64,000 nucleotides of DNA from the NCBI GenBank assembly GCA_026016205.1, contig CP061209.1, forward strand, positions 634,330 through 698,329. The letters run 5' to 3'. Positions within the stretch are counted from its first letter, which is position 1. Every line of letters begins with the position of its first letter. Below are positions 48,616 through 58,202 of this stretch, piece by piece. A program made the position numbers and the translations under genes. The notes beneath the pieces were generated by a model. That model did no database searches, was not told where the DNA came from, and saw only the letters and a program-made list of their open reading frames with translations. The stretch is from Methanosarcinales archaeon (GTDB taxonomy: Archaea > Halobacteriota > UBA148 > JAUWXC01).

Positions 48616-50372
48616 CCCTCCATCTCTCTAAACTGAGCCGCCATCTCTTTTTCAATCTCTTCAAATTGCTTTTGATACTCTGCATCCGGAACAGTGCTCA
48701 TCCTGGCTAATTTGTCCTTGACTGGCATCTCCCTGATCTTCCCGATTGAAGCGCCCTTTTGAATTGCTTTATACATCAACTCGTTGAACTTCAACAGGAT
48801 TTCGAGCATCCTGTATTGTTTTTCTTTGGGGCAGTAGGTATCCACCTTGTGGAACGCATTTTGCATGAGGAATCCTTCTCTGATGGACTTCGCCCCATCA
48901 AGAGCGGCCTGGTCGCTTGCTGGAAGGGTATCCGGTCCCACTAACTGCACAATCTCCTGCAATTCACTCTCTTTCTGAAGTAATCTCATCGCCTCATTTC
49001 TCATCTCCCCCCATTTTGCCCCTACCTCTTTGTGCCACCAATCCTTGACATGGTCAACGTAAAGTGAATATGATTGCAGCCAGTTGATGGCAGGGAAATG
49101 GCGCTTGTTCGCCAGGTCAGCATCCAGCGCCCAGAAGACTTTCGTAATTCTGAGCGTGTTCTGCGTCACAGGCTCTGAGAAGTCCCCACCAGGGGGAGAT
49201 ACCGCCCCGATAACGGAGATCGAACCTACTTTCTCACCCTTTCCATGTAATATAGCGCGTCCAGAGCGTTCATAGAAATCTGCCAGCCTGGATGCAAGGT
49301 ATGCTGGATAGCCCTCCTCACCTGGCATCTCCTCTAACCTGCCAGAAATTTCCCTCATCGCTTCTGCCCACCTTGACGTGGAGTCAGCCATCAACGCAAC
49401 ATCATACCCCATGTCCCGGTAGTATTCTGCAAGCGTCATTCCTGTATACACGCTTGCATCTCGTGCTGCGACTGGCATGTTACTGGTATTGGCGATGAGT
49501 ATCGTTCTGTTCATCAGGGGCTCGCCGGTTTTTGGGTCTTCCAATGCAGGGAATTCCCTGAGGACATCTGCCATCTCGTTTCCTCTTTCACCGCATCCGA
49601 TATAGACGATTATATCCGCGTCTGCCCATTTTGCAAGCAACTGTTGTACCACAGTCTTTCCACTGCCAAAAGGACCCGGAATTGCAGCCGTTCCACCCTT
49701 CGCCACAGGGAAGAAGGTATCGATGACTCTCTGGCCAGTGATTAAGGGAACACTCGGATCCAGTTTCTTGGCATACGGCCTTCCTATTCTGACCGGCCAT
49801 TTCTGGAGCATCTGAATTTCCTTGACCCCTTCAGCCGTTTTTATTTTTGCTATGGTTTGCTCGATGGTATATTTGCCCTTGGAAGATATGTCAACAACTT
49901 TTCCCGCGACATCGGGCGGGACCAATATCCTGTGCTCGATTGTTTTTGTCTCCTGTACGACTCCCAATATGTCGCCGGGGCCCATGGTTTCGCCTTTTTT
50001 GGCAACAGGCGTAAAGTCCCATTTTTTATCCCGCTCCAGTGCAGGCACTTCGACCCCTCTTTTTATGAAGTCCCCCATCTGAACCTTGATTAAATCAAGG
50101 GGGCGCTGAATACCATCATAGATATTTCCAAGCAATCCTGGACCCAGTTCAACAGACAGCGGTATACCGGTCGGTATGACTTTCTCACCAGGGGTGACGC
50201 CGCCAGTTTCCTCATATACCTGTATTGTTGCTGTATCTTCGTCCAATCCAATTATCTCTCCAATTAATCGCTCAGTTCCCACGCGAACTAACTCATACAT
50301 CCTTGTGCCCCTCATGTTCTTGGCAGAAATGACGGGGCCCGCGACCCTGCTGATGATGCCTTCTTGTGTCAT
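48612..50372 (-). CDS. atpA: A-type ATP synthase catalytic subunit A
   Basis: P-loop [15 protein letters not shown] and [27 protein letters not shown]. Confidence 0.95.
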   Translation of the reverse strand: MTQEGIISRVAGPVISAKNMRGTRMYELVRVGTERLIGEIIGLDEDTATIQVYEETGGVTPGEKVIPTGIPLSVELGPGLLGNIYDGIQRPLDLIKVQMGDFIKRGVEVPALERDKKWDFTPVAKKGETMGPGDILGVVQETKTIEHRILVPPDVAGKVVDISSKGKYTIEQTIAKIKTAEGVKEIQMLQKWPVRIGRPYAKKLDPSVPLITGQRVIDTFFPVAKGGTAAIPGPFGSGKTVVQQLLAKWADADIIVYIGCGERGNEMADVLREFPALEDPKTGEPLMNRTILIANTSNMPVAARDASVYTGMTLAEYYRDMGYDVALMADSTSRWAEAMREISGRLEEMPGEEGYPAYLASRLADFYERSGRAILHGKGEKVGSISVIGAVSPPGGDFSEPVTQNTLRITKVFWALDADLANKRHFPAINWLQSYSLYVDHVKDWWHKEVGAKWGEMRNEAMRLLQKESELQEIVQLVGPDTLPASDQAALDGAKSIREGFLMQNAFHKVDTYCPKEKQYRMLEILLKFNELMYKAIQKGASIGKIREMPVKDKLARMSTVPDAEYQKQFEEIEKEMAAQFREMEG

Positions 50373-50695
50373 TTAACTTCACCTCTCTCCACATCGATGC
50401 CGACCGCTCTCCGAATCAATCTGTTTATGGGGTCGGTTGCTCTTGCCCCCTCTTTGCCTGGCACTTCAACTACAATTGGAAAAACCTCTTTTTTGACTTG
50501 AATCTTGTCCATGTACGGTCTGATGCTTTCTGCCAGGCTATCTAAAAGTATTATCACGCCTACCTCAGGGTCGACAAGAAAATGTTTTAACGCCTCTTCC
50601 GTTTCCTGGGGAGTTTCTACTACTCTCATCTTTTTCACTCCCGCAAGCGAGAAACCAAGTGTCATATTTCTATCTCCTATCACAGCCGCTTTCAT
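50369..50695 (-). CDS. atpF: A-type ATP synthase subunit F
   Basis: 108 aa; [20 protein letters not shown]; position between atpC and atpA. Confidence 0.85.
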   Translation of the reverse strand: MKAAVIGDRNMTLGFSLAGVKKMRVVETPQETEEALKHFLVDPEVGVIILLDSLAESIRPYMDKIQVKKEVFPIVVEVPGKEGARATDPINRLIRRAVGIDVERGEVK

Positions 50696-51879
50696 ATGCC
50701 TTCCTCACATATCACGATATCCTTCATCTTTTCCAACGACATGCTCTCTCTAATTCCATGGAGCGCCGCCCTGATGTTCCTAACTTCGTAATCCTTTGCT
50801 ATTATAAACCTCATTATCGGCCCTACGTCGAAGGTGTTCTCTCTGGCAAACCCGAAGACCATGTGCAATAGGTGCCTATCAAAAATTGCCTCAAACGCGT
50901 AGATGCTCCCGCTTTTCTCGTATTCGGACATCGCCTTCTTGAGTAGGGGTACATACTTCGTCTTCTCAAGTGTTGAGACTATTTCTGCTACATCTCTGGA
51001 CTCAGCAACCTGAATGAGCATCCATGCTGGAAGAGTTCCACCTGGCAGCAGGTATTTTCGGGTTGTTTCAGGTTCAAAACCCTCCTTTTTGCCCCTTATG
51101 ACCACTTTTATATTGGTTACATCGACGTACGTGTCAACGAACTTGCTTATAGACGCAACCACCGATGCAGGGATTTTAGATGCAGATTCGCTGAGCCCTT
51201 GGAACACACATCCATCCAATGCCAGTTCCAGAGGCAGCATCGATCCAGTCTTCTCGTAATCGAGTAGGGCATTGGATAGCGTTTTCCCATATGCCGTATC
51301 TGACAGTATCTGGACGATTCTGTCCATGCTATCCGCCTCTGCCAGTTCTCCTATCAAATCTGGAGTGATATTCCCTACTGAAACCGTTTTTTTCTTAATC
51401 GCATCTGGAGATAGTCCTGCATTTTTGCCCTTTATGGCAACCTTCAACTGCTCCGCCTCGAACTTCGTCAGGTATGATTCCAAGAAGGGTTTTATGCACT
51501 CTGGCACTCTGGCAATGGTGTTTTTGTACGTTCTGAAAAGAGCCAGCTTTAGCGCCTTCTCGATTTCATCTGGGTCATCGCCAGTTACATCGAGTTTATA
51601 ACTATCTGCAATTCTTGAGATTACCTCGGAGACGTTTTTCGATTCCAAGAGTGGATGCATGTTGGTCGCAAGAACATAGGGCACACCAACTGCCCTGACC
51701 CTTGCGTTTGGATATGCAAAGCGCATGGCATTCACGAGTATTTGCGCTTTAGGGGCAATTATCTTCACGATGACGACGGCAAAGACTCCCAGCGCCATCA
51801 CATATAGCCATTCAATTAGTGCTACGCCCAAAAGTTTGTCAAATTGATTTAATAAATTGAGCAAATCACCGAGCATCAC
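50692..51879 (-). CDS. atpC: A-type ATP synthase subunit C, with a ~50-aa N-terminal hydrophobic extension
   Basis: Core begins at RFAYPNARVRA. The start (GTG/ATG at 51879/51876) overlaps the atpE stop. Confidence 0.8.
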   Translation of the reverse strand: MMLGDLLNLLNQFDKLLGVALIEWLYVMALGVFAVVIVKIIAPKAQILVNAMRFAYPNARVRAVGVPYVLATNMHPLLESKNVSEVISRIADSYKLDVTGDDPDEIEKALKLALFRTYKNTIARVPECIKPFLESYLTKFEAEQLKVAIKGKNAGLSPDAIKKKTVSVGNITPDLIGELAEADSMDRIVQILSDTAYGKTLSNALLDYEKTGSMLPLELALDGCVFQGLSESASKIPASVVASISKFVDTYVDVTNIKVVIRGKKEGFEPETTRKYLLPGGTLPAWMLIQVAESRDVAEIVSTLEKTKYVPLLKKAMSEYEKSGSIYAFEAIFDRHLLHMVFGFARENTFDVGPIMRFIIAKDYEVRNIRAALHGIRESMSLEKMKDIVICEEGI

Positions 51880-52484
51880 TTCTCACCGTACAAAATCCTT
51901 GATATCTCATGCCGCAACTCGTTACTTTGCCGTTCCAATATCGCTTCAAATGTATTGTTCACTATGACGTCGCCGGATTTTGACTTGACAACAACCCCGC
52001 CGATGGTATCGATGTCCTCTTTGCCAACACTGATTTTTAGGCCCTTCTTTGGCATGCCAGAGATTACTTTTTTAATGGCGCGTTTATCCTTCTTATTGCA
52101 TAGGAGGATAACGTCATTTCCTATTAACTTCGCTCCATCATCTATCGAATCTCTTAGAATATTTTCATATTTTTTCGTGTTTGCCAACTTGCTCAGCGCT
52201 TCCCTTGCCTCTGCAAAGCACCGGGAAATGACCTGGTCTTTAGCACCTATGACGGTTCGCATAGCATCGATTCTTGCTCCAGATTGGATTCTGTTAACTG
52301 ATGTATCAATGTCCTTCTTGCCCCTCTCGATTATCTTAGTGTGCTCTTGTTCACCCTGTCTTCTCGCCTCATCTAAGATCTTCTTTGCCTCTTGCATAGC
52401 ATCCGCTTTGATGTGCTGCATCTCTACTTTTGCATCGCTCTCAATCTTAGATATGATTTTATCTATGCCATTCATCTGACCCAC
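51876..52484 (-). CDS. atpE: A-type ATP synthase subunit E
   Basis: 202 aa with an N-terminal long charged helix; operon position. Confidence 0.85.
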   Translation of the reverse strand: MGQMNGIDKIISKIESDAKVEMQHIKADAMQEAKKILDEARRQGEQEHTKIIERGKKDIDTSVNRIQSGARIDAMRTVIGAKDQVISRCFAEAREALSKLANTKKYENILRDSIDDGAKLIGNDVILLCNKKDKRAIKKVISGMPKKGLKISVGKEDIDTIGGVVVKSKSGDVIVNNTFEAILERQSNELRHEISRILYGEK

Positions 52485-52533
52485 TCATGCTGTGCGCTAC
52501 GATGTACAGGAATGTTGATTTCTAACTCTTGCC

Positions 52534-52761
52534 TTAAATCAATCCCATGCCGACCATCAGCAGGATTGCTATCAGCAATGCATAGATGGCTTGCGTCTCT
52601 GGCAATACTGCAAAGACCACATTCTTACCGAATGCTTCTGGGTTTTCCGCGGTTGCTCCTACGGCAGCTGATGCTGCCATTCCTTGTGCCAGTGCAGAAC
52701 CCACGATTGCGATACCACATCCTATAATCGCAATCCCAAGGCCAATTCCAAATTCTACCAT
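52534..52761 (-). CDS. atpK: A-type ATP synthase proteolipid (c/K subunit), single hairpin
   Basis: 75 aa, two TM helices; helix-2 ion-binding motif LPETQAIY and a Q in helix 1 (ALAQGMA). Confidence 0.9.
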   Translation of the reverse strand: MVEFGIGLGIAIIGCGIAIVGSALAQGMAASAAVGATAENPEAFGKNVVFAVLPETQAIYALLIAILLMVGMGLI

Positions 52762-52783
52762 TTTCTACCTCCTTTTGTTTATT

Positions 52784-54748
52784 TTATGTCTTTAGTTTGG
52801 TGTATCTTCTAATGGACTTGAATGGGATAAAGTACTTACCATCACCACTATAGAATTGTCCAAAGAACTCCACATAATGCAAACGCAGCGAATGAACGAA
52901 TGCTCCAAGCGCCTGTAGCACGCAGTTGAATATCTGTCCAAACACGAAGACGATTGCTGCCAGAACAACTGCGGCAGGATGAATGCTCATTATCAATTCT
53001 ACGAGGATGTTTATGGTCATCGCTATGCCGCTGGTGGCTAGCGCTAATGCGAGAATCCTAGAATATGACAGCCAGTTGCCCACAAATCCAGTGAGACCGA
53101 ACACTCCGAGAGGTCCTTCTTTGATGGCAATCAGGATTATCCCGATAAGAACTCCCACGCCTCCAACGGTCTTTAAAGAAGGCGCTATTGCCGCCCAGTT
53201 GAAGAAGTCGAGGATCAGTATGGCAGCACACGGCTGGAGGACGAACATCGATATCTGCCCGCCTAAAAGGTCCTTGTGCGCTTTTTTTCGCGCATTCTGA
53301 TAAGCCGCCACAACTAGGCCCATATTGAGGTGAATGATTCCTATCACCAGGGCAATTACAAGCACTTTTGTGGGCTCCCTCAATGGGTCTATCAACATGA
53401 ACGGCGATGCCATGCCCAAAAATCTGGGGAATGCGTCTCCACAGTAGCCCCCCTGTATTGCTCCCAATATAGTGGTCGATGCGCCTATCGCCATCAGAAT
53501 AATGCTCATATTGTGCATCGATTCGCTGACCTTGCCTGCACCCCTGTATAGTAAAAATCCTGCCATGACGATAATCAACCCATAGACGGCATCTCCAAGC
53601 ATCAATCCGAAGAATGCGACGAGGACTGTACCAAAGAATATCGTAGGGTCTACTTCCCCATACTTGGGATGTCCGAACATCTTCGTCAACGTTTCAAATG
53701 GTCGCAGCCATGAAGGATTGTCGTATTTAATTGGAATCTCATCTGGCGCTGCCTCTGGCTCTCTGAATTCATAAAAAGTGTGCCCGCCTGATGCGTCGTC
53801 GCACAGTTTCTTCAATTCATCGACATTTTTGGCTGGAATCCACCCTTCAATAATGCTTGTTTTTACGGTTTTGCCAAACTTAGAAGGTGAGTCCATTCTC
53901 TCCTTTTCGATTTTTAACTCTTCCTGGAGGGTCAAAAGTTTCTTATTCCACTTACCGTGCATGGTCTTGAGTTCTTTGAATAACTCCTTTTTACGACCTC
54001 CCAGCCCTTGTATTTCGCCATCTATTTGCGTGATGCGCTCGCCTGGCTTGCCTTCTGGGCGTTCTATCTTAATCGCATTGAAAATACGCCCTCTCAGGAC
54101 GTCGTCAAGTTCCTCCCTTGCACTGGATGGCACTGCGATGATGACCACGTATAACTCGCCAATTTGATGTTTGAGCAATAAAATATCCTCGATTGCAGAG
54201 AGCGTCTGTGTGAACAGCTCATAGTCTCCGACCCTAACAGTTCCAGCAACGACATACAGGTATTTTGATTCACCCAGATAGCTCAGGTCAAAATCAAATG
54301 GCTTCAATAATTCAAAGGGCGTTCGCTGTGCTTGCAATGCACCAATTTTTTCATCTGTACCAGCCAATTCATCCTGGATGGAAATGGCCCTTTCAGCCTT
54401 CTCTAAAATGGACTCTGCTTCAGCAAATAACTGGTTGGGATCCCTCTCCTTCACAGGAGTTTTAGCGACGGGTTCGGGAGAGAGGAACTGCTTTATTATG
54501 CTTTCTTTAGAATCTTGAAATCCCTTTAATGCGTCCAAGACGCGACTAACCTTCAGCGCATATTCTGCACACTTTCCAGCCAGGGAATGAGACTCTCCTT
54601 GCTCCAAGGTTGCGATGGTCTCGCTCTTTGAATCCTGGACATTTGTAATCTCCATGATTCCAGCTTCATGGAGGGTTGAGATTATTTTTTCACGATACGC
54701 GTCATGGGTAACTATCGTCACACTTTTCATTTCTGCCGGAAAAAACAC
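52784..54748 (-). CDS. atpI: A-type ATP synthase subunit I (stator a-subunit)
   Basis: 654 aa; soluble N-terminal half plus ~8 TM; SYSRILALALA arginine motif. Confidence 0.9.
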   Translation of the reverse strand: MFFPAEMKSVTIVTHDAYREKIISTLHEAGIMEITNVQDSKSETIATLEQGESHSLAGKCAEYALKVSRVLDALKGFQDSKESIIKQFLSPEPVAKTPVKERDPNQLFAEAESILEKAERAISIQDELAGTDEKIGALQAQRTPFELLKPFDFDLSYLGESKYLYVVAGTVRVGDYELFTQTLSAIEDILLLKHQIGELYVVIIAVPSSAREELDDVLRGRIFNAIKIERPEGKPGERITQIDGEIQGLGGRKKELFKELKTMHGKWNKKLLTLQEELKIEKERMDSPSKFGKTVKTSIIEGWIPAKNVDELKKLCDDASGGHTFYEFREPEAAPDEIPIKYDNPSWLRPFETLTKMFGHPKYGEVDPTIFFGTVLVAFFGLMLGDAVYGLIIVMAGFLLYRGAGKVSESMHNMSIILMAIGASTTILGAIQGGYCGDAFPRFLGMASPFMLIDPLREPTKVLVIALVIGIIHLNMGLVVAAYQNARKKAHKDLLGGQISMFVLQPCAAILILDFFNWAAIAPSLKTVGGVGVLIGIILIAIKEGPLGVFGLTGFVGNWLSYSRILALALATSGIAMTINILVELIMSIHPAAVVLAAIVFVFGQIFNCVLQALGAFVHSLRLHYVEFFGQFYSGDGKYFIPFKSIRRYTKLKT

Positions 54749-55065
54749 TACGCCACCTCTGTTACCTTTTCGACAACATACTTAACCGCGTTTGAAATTT
54801 TTTTCTCTGCCTCTTTTCTGAGTTTTTCAGCCTCATCTTTGCCTTGCTGCCTGAGTTTTTCTGCCTCTTTCGTTGCAGCCTTCTCTGCTGTTTCCCTATC
54901 CTTCTTGATGAGTTCTCTCGCTTTTTCCTGGCTTTCCAAAATTAATTTTTCAACATCTTCGTGTGCTTTTTTGATGGTCTCTTCGGCCTCTGCCTGGGCC
55001 TTCTCTACCATTTTTAAGGCCTTTGCCTCTGCCTTTTTAATCTGCTCGATTTCGTTTTGAACCAT
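54748..55065 (-). CDS. atpH: A-type ATP synthase subunit H
   Basis: 105 aa, highly charged coiled-coil (EIEQIKKAEAKALKMVEKAQAEAEE); first gene of the operon. Confidence 0.8.
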   Translation of the reverse strand: MVQNEIEQIKKAEAKALKMVEKAQAEAEETIKKAHEDVEKLILESQEKARELIKKDRETAEKAATKEAEKLRQQGKDEAEKLRKEAEKKISNAVKYVVEKVTEVA

Positions 55066-55094
55066 CTTTGAGCCCCTGAGTTGCCGATATGCTG

Positions 55095-55116
55095 ATAGAT
55101 ATATTAGATAAATATG
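55095..55116 (-). promoter_or_regulatory. TATA-like element upstream of the ATPase operon
   Basis: The reverse strand reads catatttatctaatatatctatc, 30-50 nt upstream of the atpH ATG. Confidence 0.3.
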
Positions 55117-55283
55117 AACGTACGACTTATGATTTAAATTTTTGTTTTTTTAACGGCGACGGAAAAAAATTGAAGAATATAGTAATCACATTCTCGTGAC
55201 TCTCGCCTTGGTAAACCCTGAAATGATATGGAGAAGTAGAACTTGAAGCTTGACACTCTTGGATTTACGCTTTTAAAATAAAA

Positions 55284-55769
55284 TTAGCCCTTTATAGATA
55301 TATCCGCGATCAACTGCTCGCTCACGACATCAATGATTTTTACTGTAGCAGTCTTTCCAGCTTCAGGCAACGAGGCGTCTGGGCCTACATTCTCCTTATA
55401 TTCCCTTAAGTGATACTCACCGTCGCTTAGCCAGATATAACAACTCTCGCCAGCCGTCAACTTTCCACTTGCAGGGAGATTCTGAACTGCCGTACCGTTG
55501 ACGATGACCCTTATAGAAGCACTTGTTAACGGTATTTCCTCTCCGCCCTGATGCTCCAATTTGATGACGTTGTGAGTAGTATTACCACTAGGATCTGTGA
55601 TTGCTGTACCCCTAATACTCGCCTGGGGTGCCATCGCTGGGGGTGCCATGCCGAACACGAAGGCTGCGATGATGGCTGCGAGAATGACTGTTATGGCGAC
55701 CATTAGAATGACGCCAATGACTGGACTCACTGCTTTCTCATCTGCTCTGAATTTCCCATTTGCTTTCAT
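55284..55769 (-). CDS. Archaeal type IV pilin-like protein (class III signal peptide, DUF1628-like)
   Basis: N-terminus ...ADEKAVSPVIGVILMVAITVILAAIIAAFVFG is typical of archaeal pilin/archaellin-type prepilin signals. Confidence 0.75.
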   Translation of the reverse strand: MKANGKFRADEKAVSPVIGVILMVAITVILAAIIAAFVFGMAPPAMAPQASIRGTAITDPSGNTTHNVIKLEHQGGEEIPLTSASIRVIVNGTAVQNLPASGKLTAGESCYIWLSDGEYHLREYKENVGPDASLPEAGKTATVKIIDVVSEQLIADISIKG

Positions 55770-55821
55770 TTCTTTTCACCTCTTATGTCCTCTTTTTAGC
55801 ACAGACGGATGCTAAAGACGA

Positions 55822-56013
55822 CTATCGCTTCCCTTCTGTCAGGCGCTCTAATCGCCTTTGCCATAGATCACCCACTTCTGTGCTATCACATTCGAGGTAA
55901 TGTTGAACTGCTGTTGAAAGTGCTTCCTTTGTCGAATCTGTACCGACCTTCTTTTTTAACCGGTCCAGGTCTTCAGCGGTAAGCACTGTTTGCGCGTATA
56001 TTATTCTGACCAT
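55822..56013 (-). CDS. Small ribbon-helix-helix (CopG-like) DNA-binding protein
   Basis: 63 aa; beta strand RIIYAQTVLT followed by two helices (AEDLDRLKKKVG, STKEALSTAVQHYL). Confidence 0.55.
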   Translation of the reverse strand: MVRIIYAQTVLTAEDLDRLKKKVGTDSTKEALSTAVQHYLECDSTEVGDLWQRRLERLTEGKR

Positions 56014-56130
56014 TACCTCACCTCATAATGATGATAATGATGAGGTCGTATATATAACTTTCGTAAAATCGCGAAAAATGTGCCATCTACAATATGACTT
56101 TATACAATTGTTGATAAATATCCTGCTGAC

Positions 56131-56931
56131 ATGGTGGAACGCATAACCAATAAGATCAAGGTTGCAGATTATATGACCCATGACGTTGTGACCGTCTCAC
56201 CCGAGGACACAGTGGAGGACGTCATCGACATCATATGCAAAACCGAACATGAAAGCTTTCCCGTGGTGGAGAACGGCAAGGTCATCGGCTATATATCATC
56301 TGCAGATTTACTACGGCACAATCCAAAAGACCCCATCTCTAAACTCATGTCAACCGACCTCATAGTCACCAATCCCGACATGGACCTTACAGACGCAGCA
56401 AGGGTGATGTTTAGAACGAGCTTCTCCAAACTACCCGTTATAGACGAGGAGGGGCACTTGGTAGGGCTACTCAGCAACTCAGACGTCATACGCTCGCAGA
56501 TCGAGAGGGCTACACCCGAAAAGGTATGGAAGTTAAAGAGGACATTAGAAACCATCCATAATATAGAGATAAAGGTGGGCCGGAGCAAAGTGGCAATAAA
56601 TCAGCTCGTGCCAACGCAGCCGAAAATCTATGCGGATGAACTTGAGGGCCGGATATATGAACTAAAAAAAGGCCTGACTGAGCCATTAGTGGTCATACAA
56701 AAACCAAACAGGATAGTATTGGTGGATGGACATCACAGGGTCGTGGCAGCTAAAAAGCTCGGCATAGATGTGATGGATGCGTATACACTCATGCTGGAAA
56801 AAGACATTCCGCTGGGAATGGAAAAAACCGCCAGGGATGCAGGGCTTTATTCACTAGACGACATTAAGGTACTTGACTATGCCAGACACCCACTGGTGGA
56901 AGCAACCAAATTACGGAGGAGAAAGAGATGA
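56131..56931 (+). CDS. CBS-pair / ParB-Srx-like nuclease-domain fusion protein
   Basis: Two CBS motifs at the N-terminus (VADYMTHDVVTVSP..., LMSTDLIVTNP...). C-terminal ParB-like N-domain: LVPTQPKIY...VLVDGHHRVVAAKKLG. Confidence 0.75.
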   Translation: MVERITNKIKVADYMTHDVVTVSPEDTVEDVIDIICKTEHESFPVVENGKVIGYISSADLLRHNPKDPISKLMSTDLIVTNPDMDLTDAARVMFRTSFSKLPVIDEEGHLVGLLSNSDVIRSQIERATPEKVWKLKRTLETIHNIEIKVGRSKVAINQLVPTQPKIYADELEGRIYELKKGLTEPLVVIQKPNRIVLVDGHHRVVAAKKLGIDVMDAYTLMLEKDIPLGMEKTARDAGLYSLDDIKVLDYARHPLVEATKLRRRKR

Positions 56932-57212
56932 AAGATTTGTCGATAATTCAAGAGGTTTACGATGTAATCCTCGACAGAAAGGAAAATCCAAAAGAAAGCT
57001 CTTACGTTTGCTCGTTGCTGGAGGATGAGAATAAGATTCTAAAAAAGGTCAGCGAAGAGTCGGGCGAACTGATAGTCGCAGCCAAGTGTGGAAATAAAGA
57101 TGAAATCATCCATGAATCCGCAGATTTGATATTCCATACATTGGTGCTCATGGCATCCAAGGGCGTGTCTCTCGAAGACCTATCAAATGAACTGAGAAAA
57201 CGCAGAAAATAG
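56928..57212 (+). CDS. hisE: Phosphoribosyl-ATP pyrophosphohydrolase
   Basis: 94 aa; SYVCSLL, KKVSEESGELIVAAK and ESADLIFHTLVLM; 4-nt overlap with the upstream gene. Confidence 0.85.
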   Translation: MKDLSIIQEVYDVILDRKENPKESSYVCSLLEDENKILKKVSEESGELIVAAKCGNKDEIIHESADLIFHTLVLMASKGVSLEDLSNELRKRRK

Positions 57213-57215
57213 GCG

Positions 57216-58103
57216 TCAATACACAGCCAGCTCACTTAGGACATCGGTCTTCGTGATAATCCCTATTGGTTCTCCTTTTTCAGTTACCACAAGCCGCCCT
57301 ATTTTATGCTCGTCTAAAACTTTAATCGCATCGTTAAGCGTCTGCTCAGCATCAATCGTGATGATATCCCCTGTCATTACCTCCTTGACCAGAGACTTCA
57401 TTTTTTTCTCTGCTATCGCCCTTCCGACATCGGTGAACGTCACAATTCCGACTAGTTTCCCCTTATCCTTCACGGGGGCGCCGTGAATGTCATGTTCGAT
57501 TAAGGTACGTGCCGCCTCCTCTATTGTCGTGTCAGGGGCGACAAAGACCATCTTGTCGGGTATGTACTCTTTAATTGGTTTTTTTGGTAGGGATACCATC
57601 TCTAAGATGGAGCACAGTATGACGTTATCTGTGTCATCGCGTCCGCGTACATCCCCTCTGATTCTCAATTTGTTGACTGGCGTGGGTCCAAATTGAATTT
57701 TGTCCCCTATGTCAAAATCCCGTATATCCCCAAGAACCTTTATGGCAGCGTAACATAGGCAGGGATGCCTCACTGTCGTAAAATTAATTTCTGCAACTGT
57801 CGCTCCCTCGACTAATGCACCATTCCTATATATTGGGACGGGCACCTCTTCCTCTATATCTTCAATATTAAGCGCCTCGTATGCCTCTCTGGTTGGTTTA
57901 TATCCTCCCTTGGGCCCTGGGACGCCCTCCACGAGCCCCAGCGCCTTTAGAGCTTGCATTTGATTCCTAATCGTACCAGGATTGCGGTCAATGACTCCTG
58001 CGATTTCCTCTCCTCTTATGGTTCCTTTCTGCCGGGCCAGGTTAATCAATGCTGTCAGAATCTCTCTTTGTATAGGCGGGAGTTCCATGAGTTTTCTTAT
58101 CAT
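57216..58103 (-). CDS. Transcriptional regulator with an N-terminal wHTH and a C-terminal CBS pair
   Basis: IQREILTALINLARQKGTIRGEEIAGVIDRNPGTIRNQMQALKALGLVEG, plus two CBS motifs at the C-terminus. Confidence 0.75.
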   Translation of the reverse strand: MIRKLMELPPIQREILTALINLARQKGTIRGEEIAGVIDRNPGTIRNQMQALKALGLVEGVPGPKGGYKPTREAYEALNIEDIEEEVPVPIYRNGALVEGATVAEINFTTVRHPCLCYAAIKVLGDIRDFDIGDKIQFGPTPVNKLRIRGDVRGRDDTDNVILCSILEMVSLPKKPIKEYIPDKMVFVAPDTTIEEAARTLIEHDIHGAPVKDKGKLVGIVTFTDVGRAIAEKKMKSLVKEVMTGDIITIDAEQTLNDAIKVLDEHKIGRLVVTEKGEPIGIITKTDVLSELAVY

Positions 58104-58202
58104 AATGATTAATAGTAATATACATAGGGTATGTTAAATACGTTTCGTGAGATTATTATGTTTCATATGGTATGTAGGGTATCATGATATTACGAGGTTG
58201 CA

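Noticed and set aside
47840-48631. 263-aa plus-strand ORF
   Set aside because: It is antisense to the unambiguous atpB gene. Its Ser/Pro/Ile-rich translation has no motif, which is typical of an antisense shadow.
56020-56130. C/D-box sRNA suggested by two aatgatga (C-box-like) motifs
   Set aside because: No properly spaced D box (CTGA) lies within 50-70 nt. The only ctga is ~100 nt away, next to the CBS-ParB start codon. The motifs are better explained as part of a leader hairpin.
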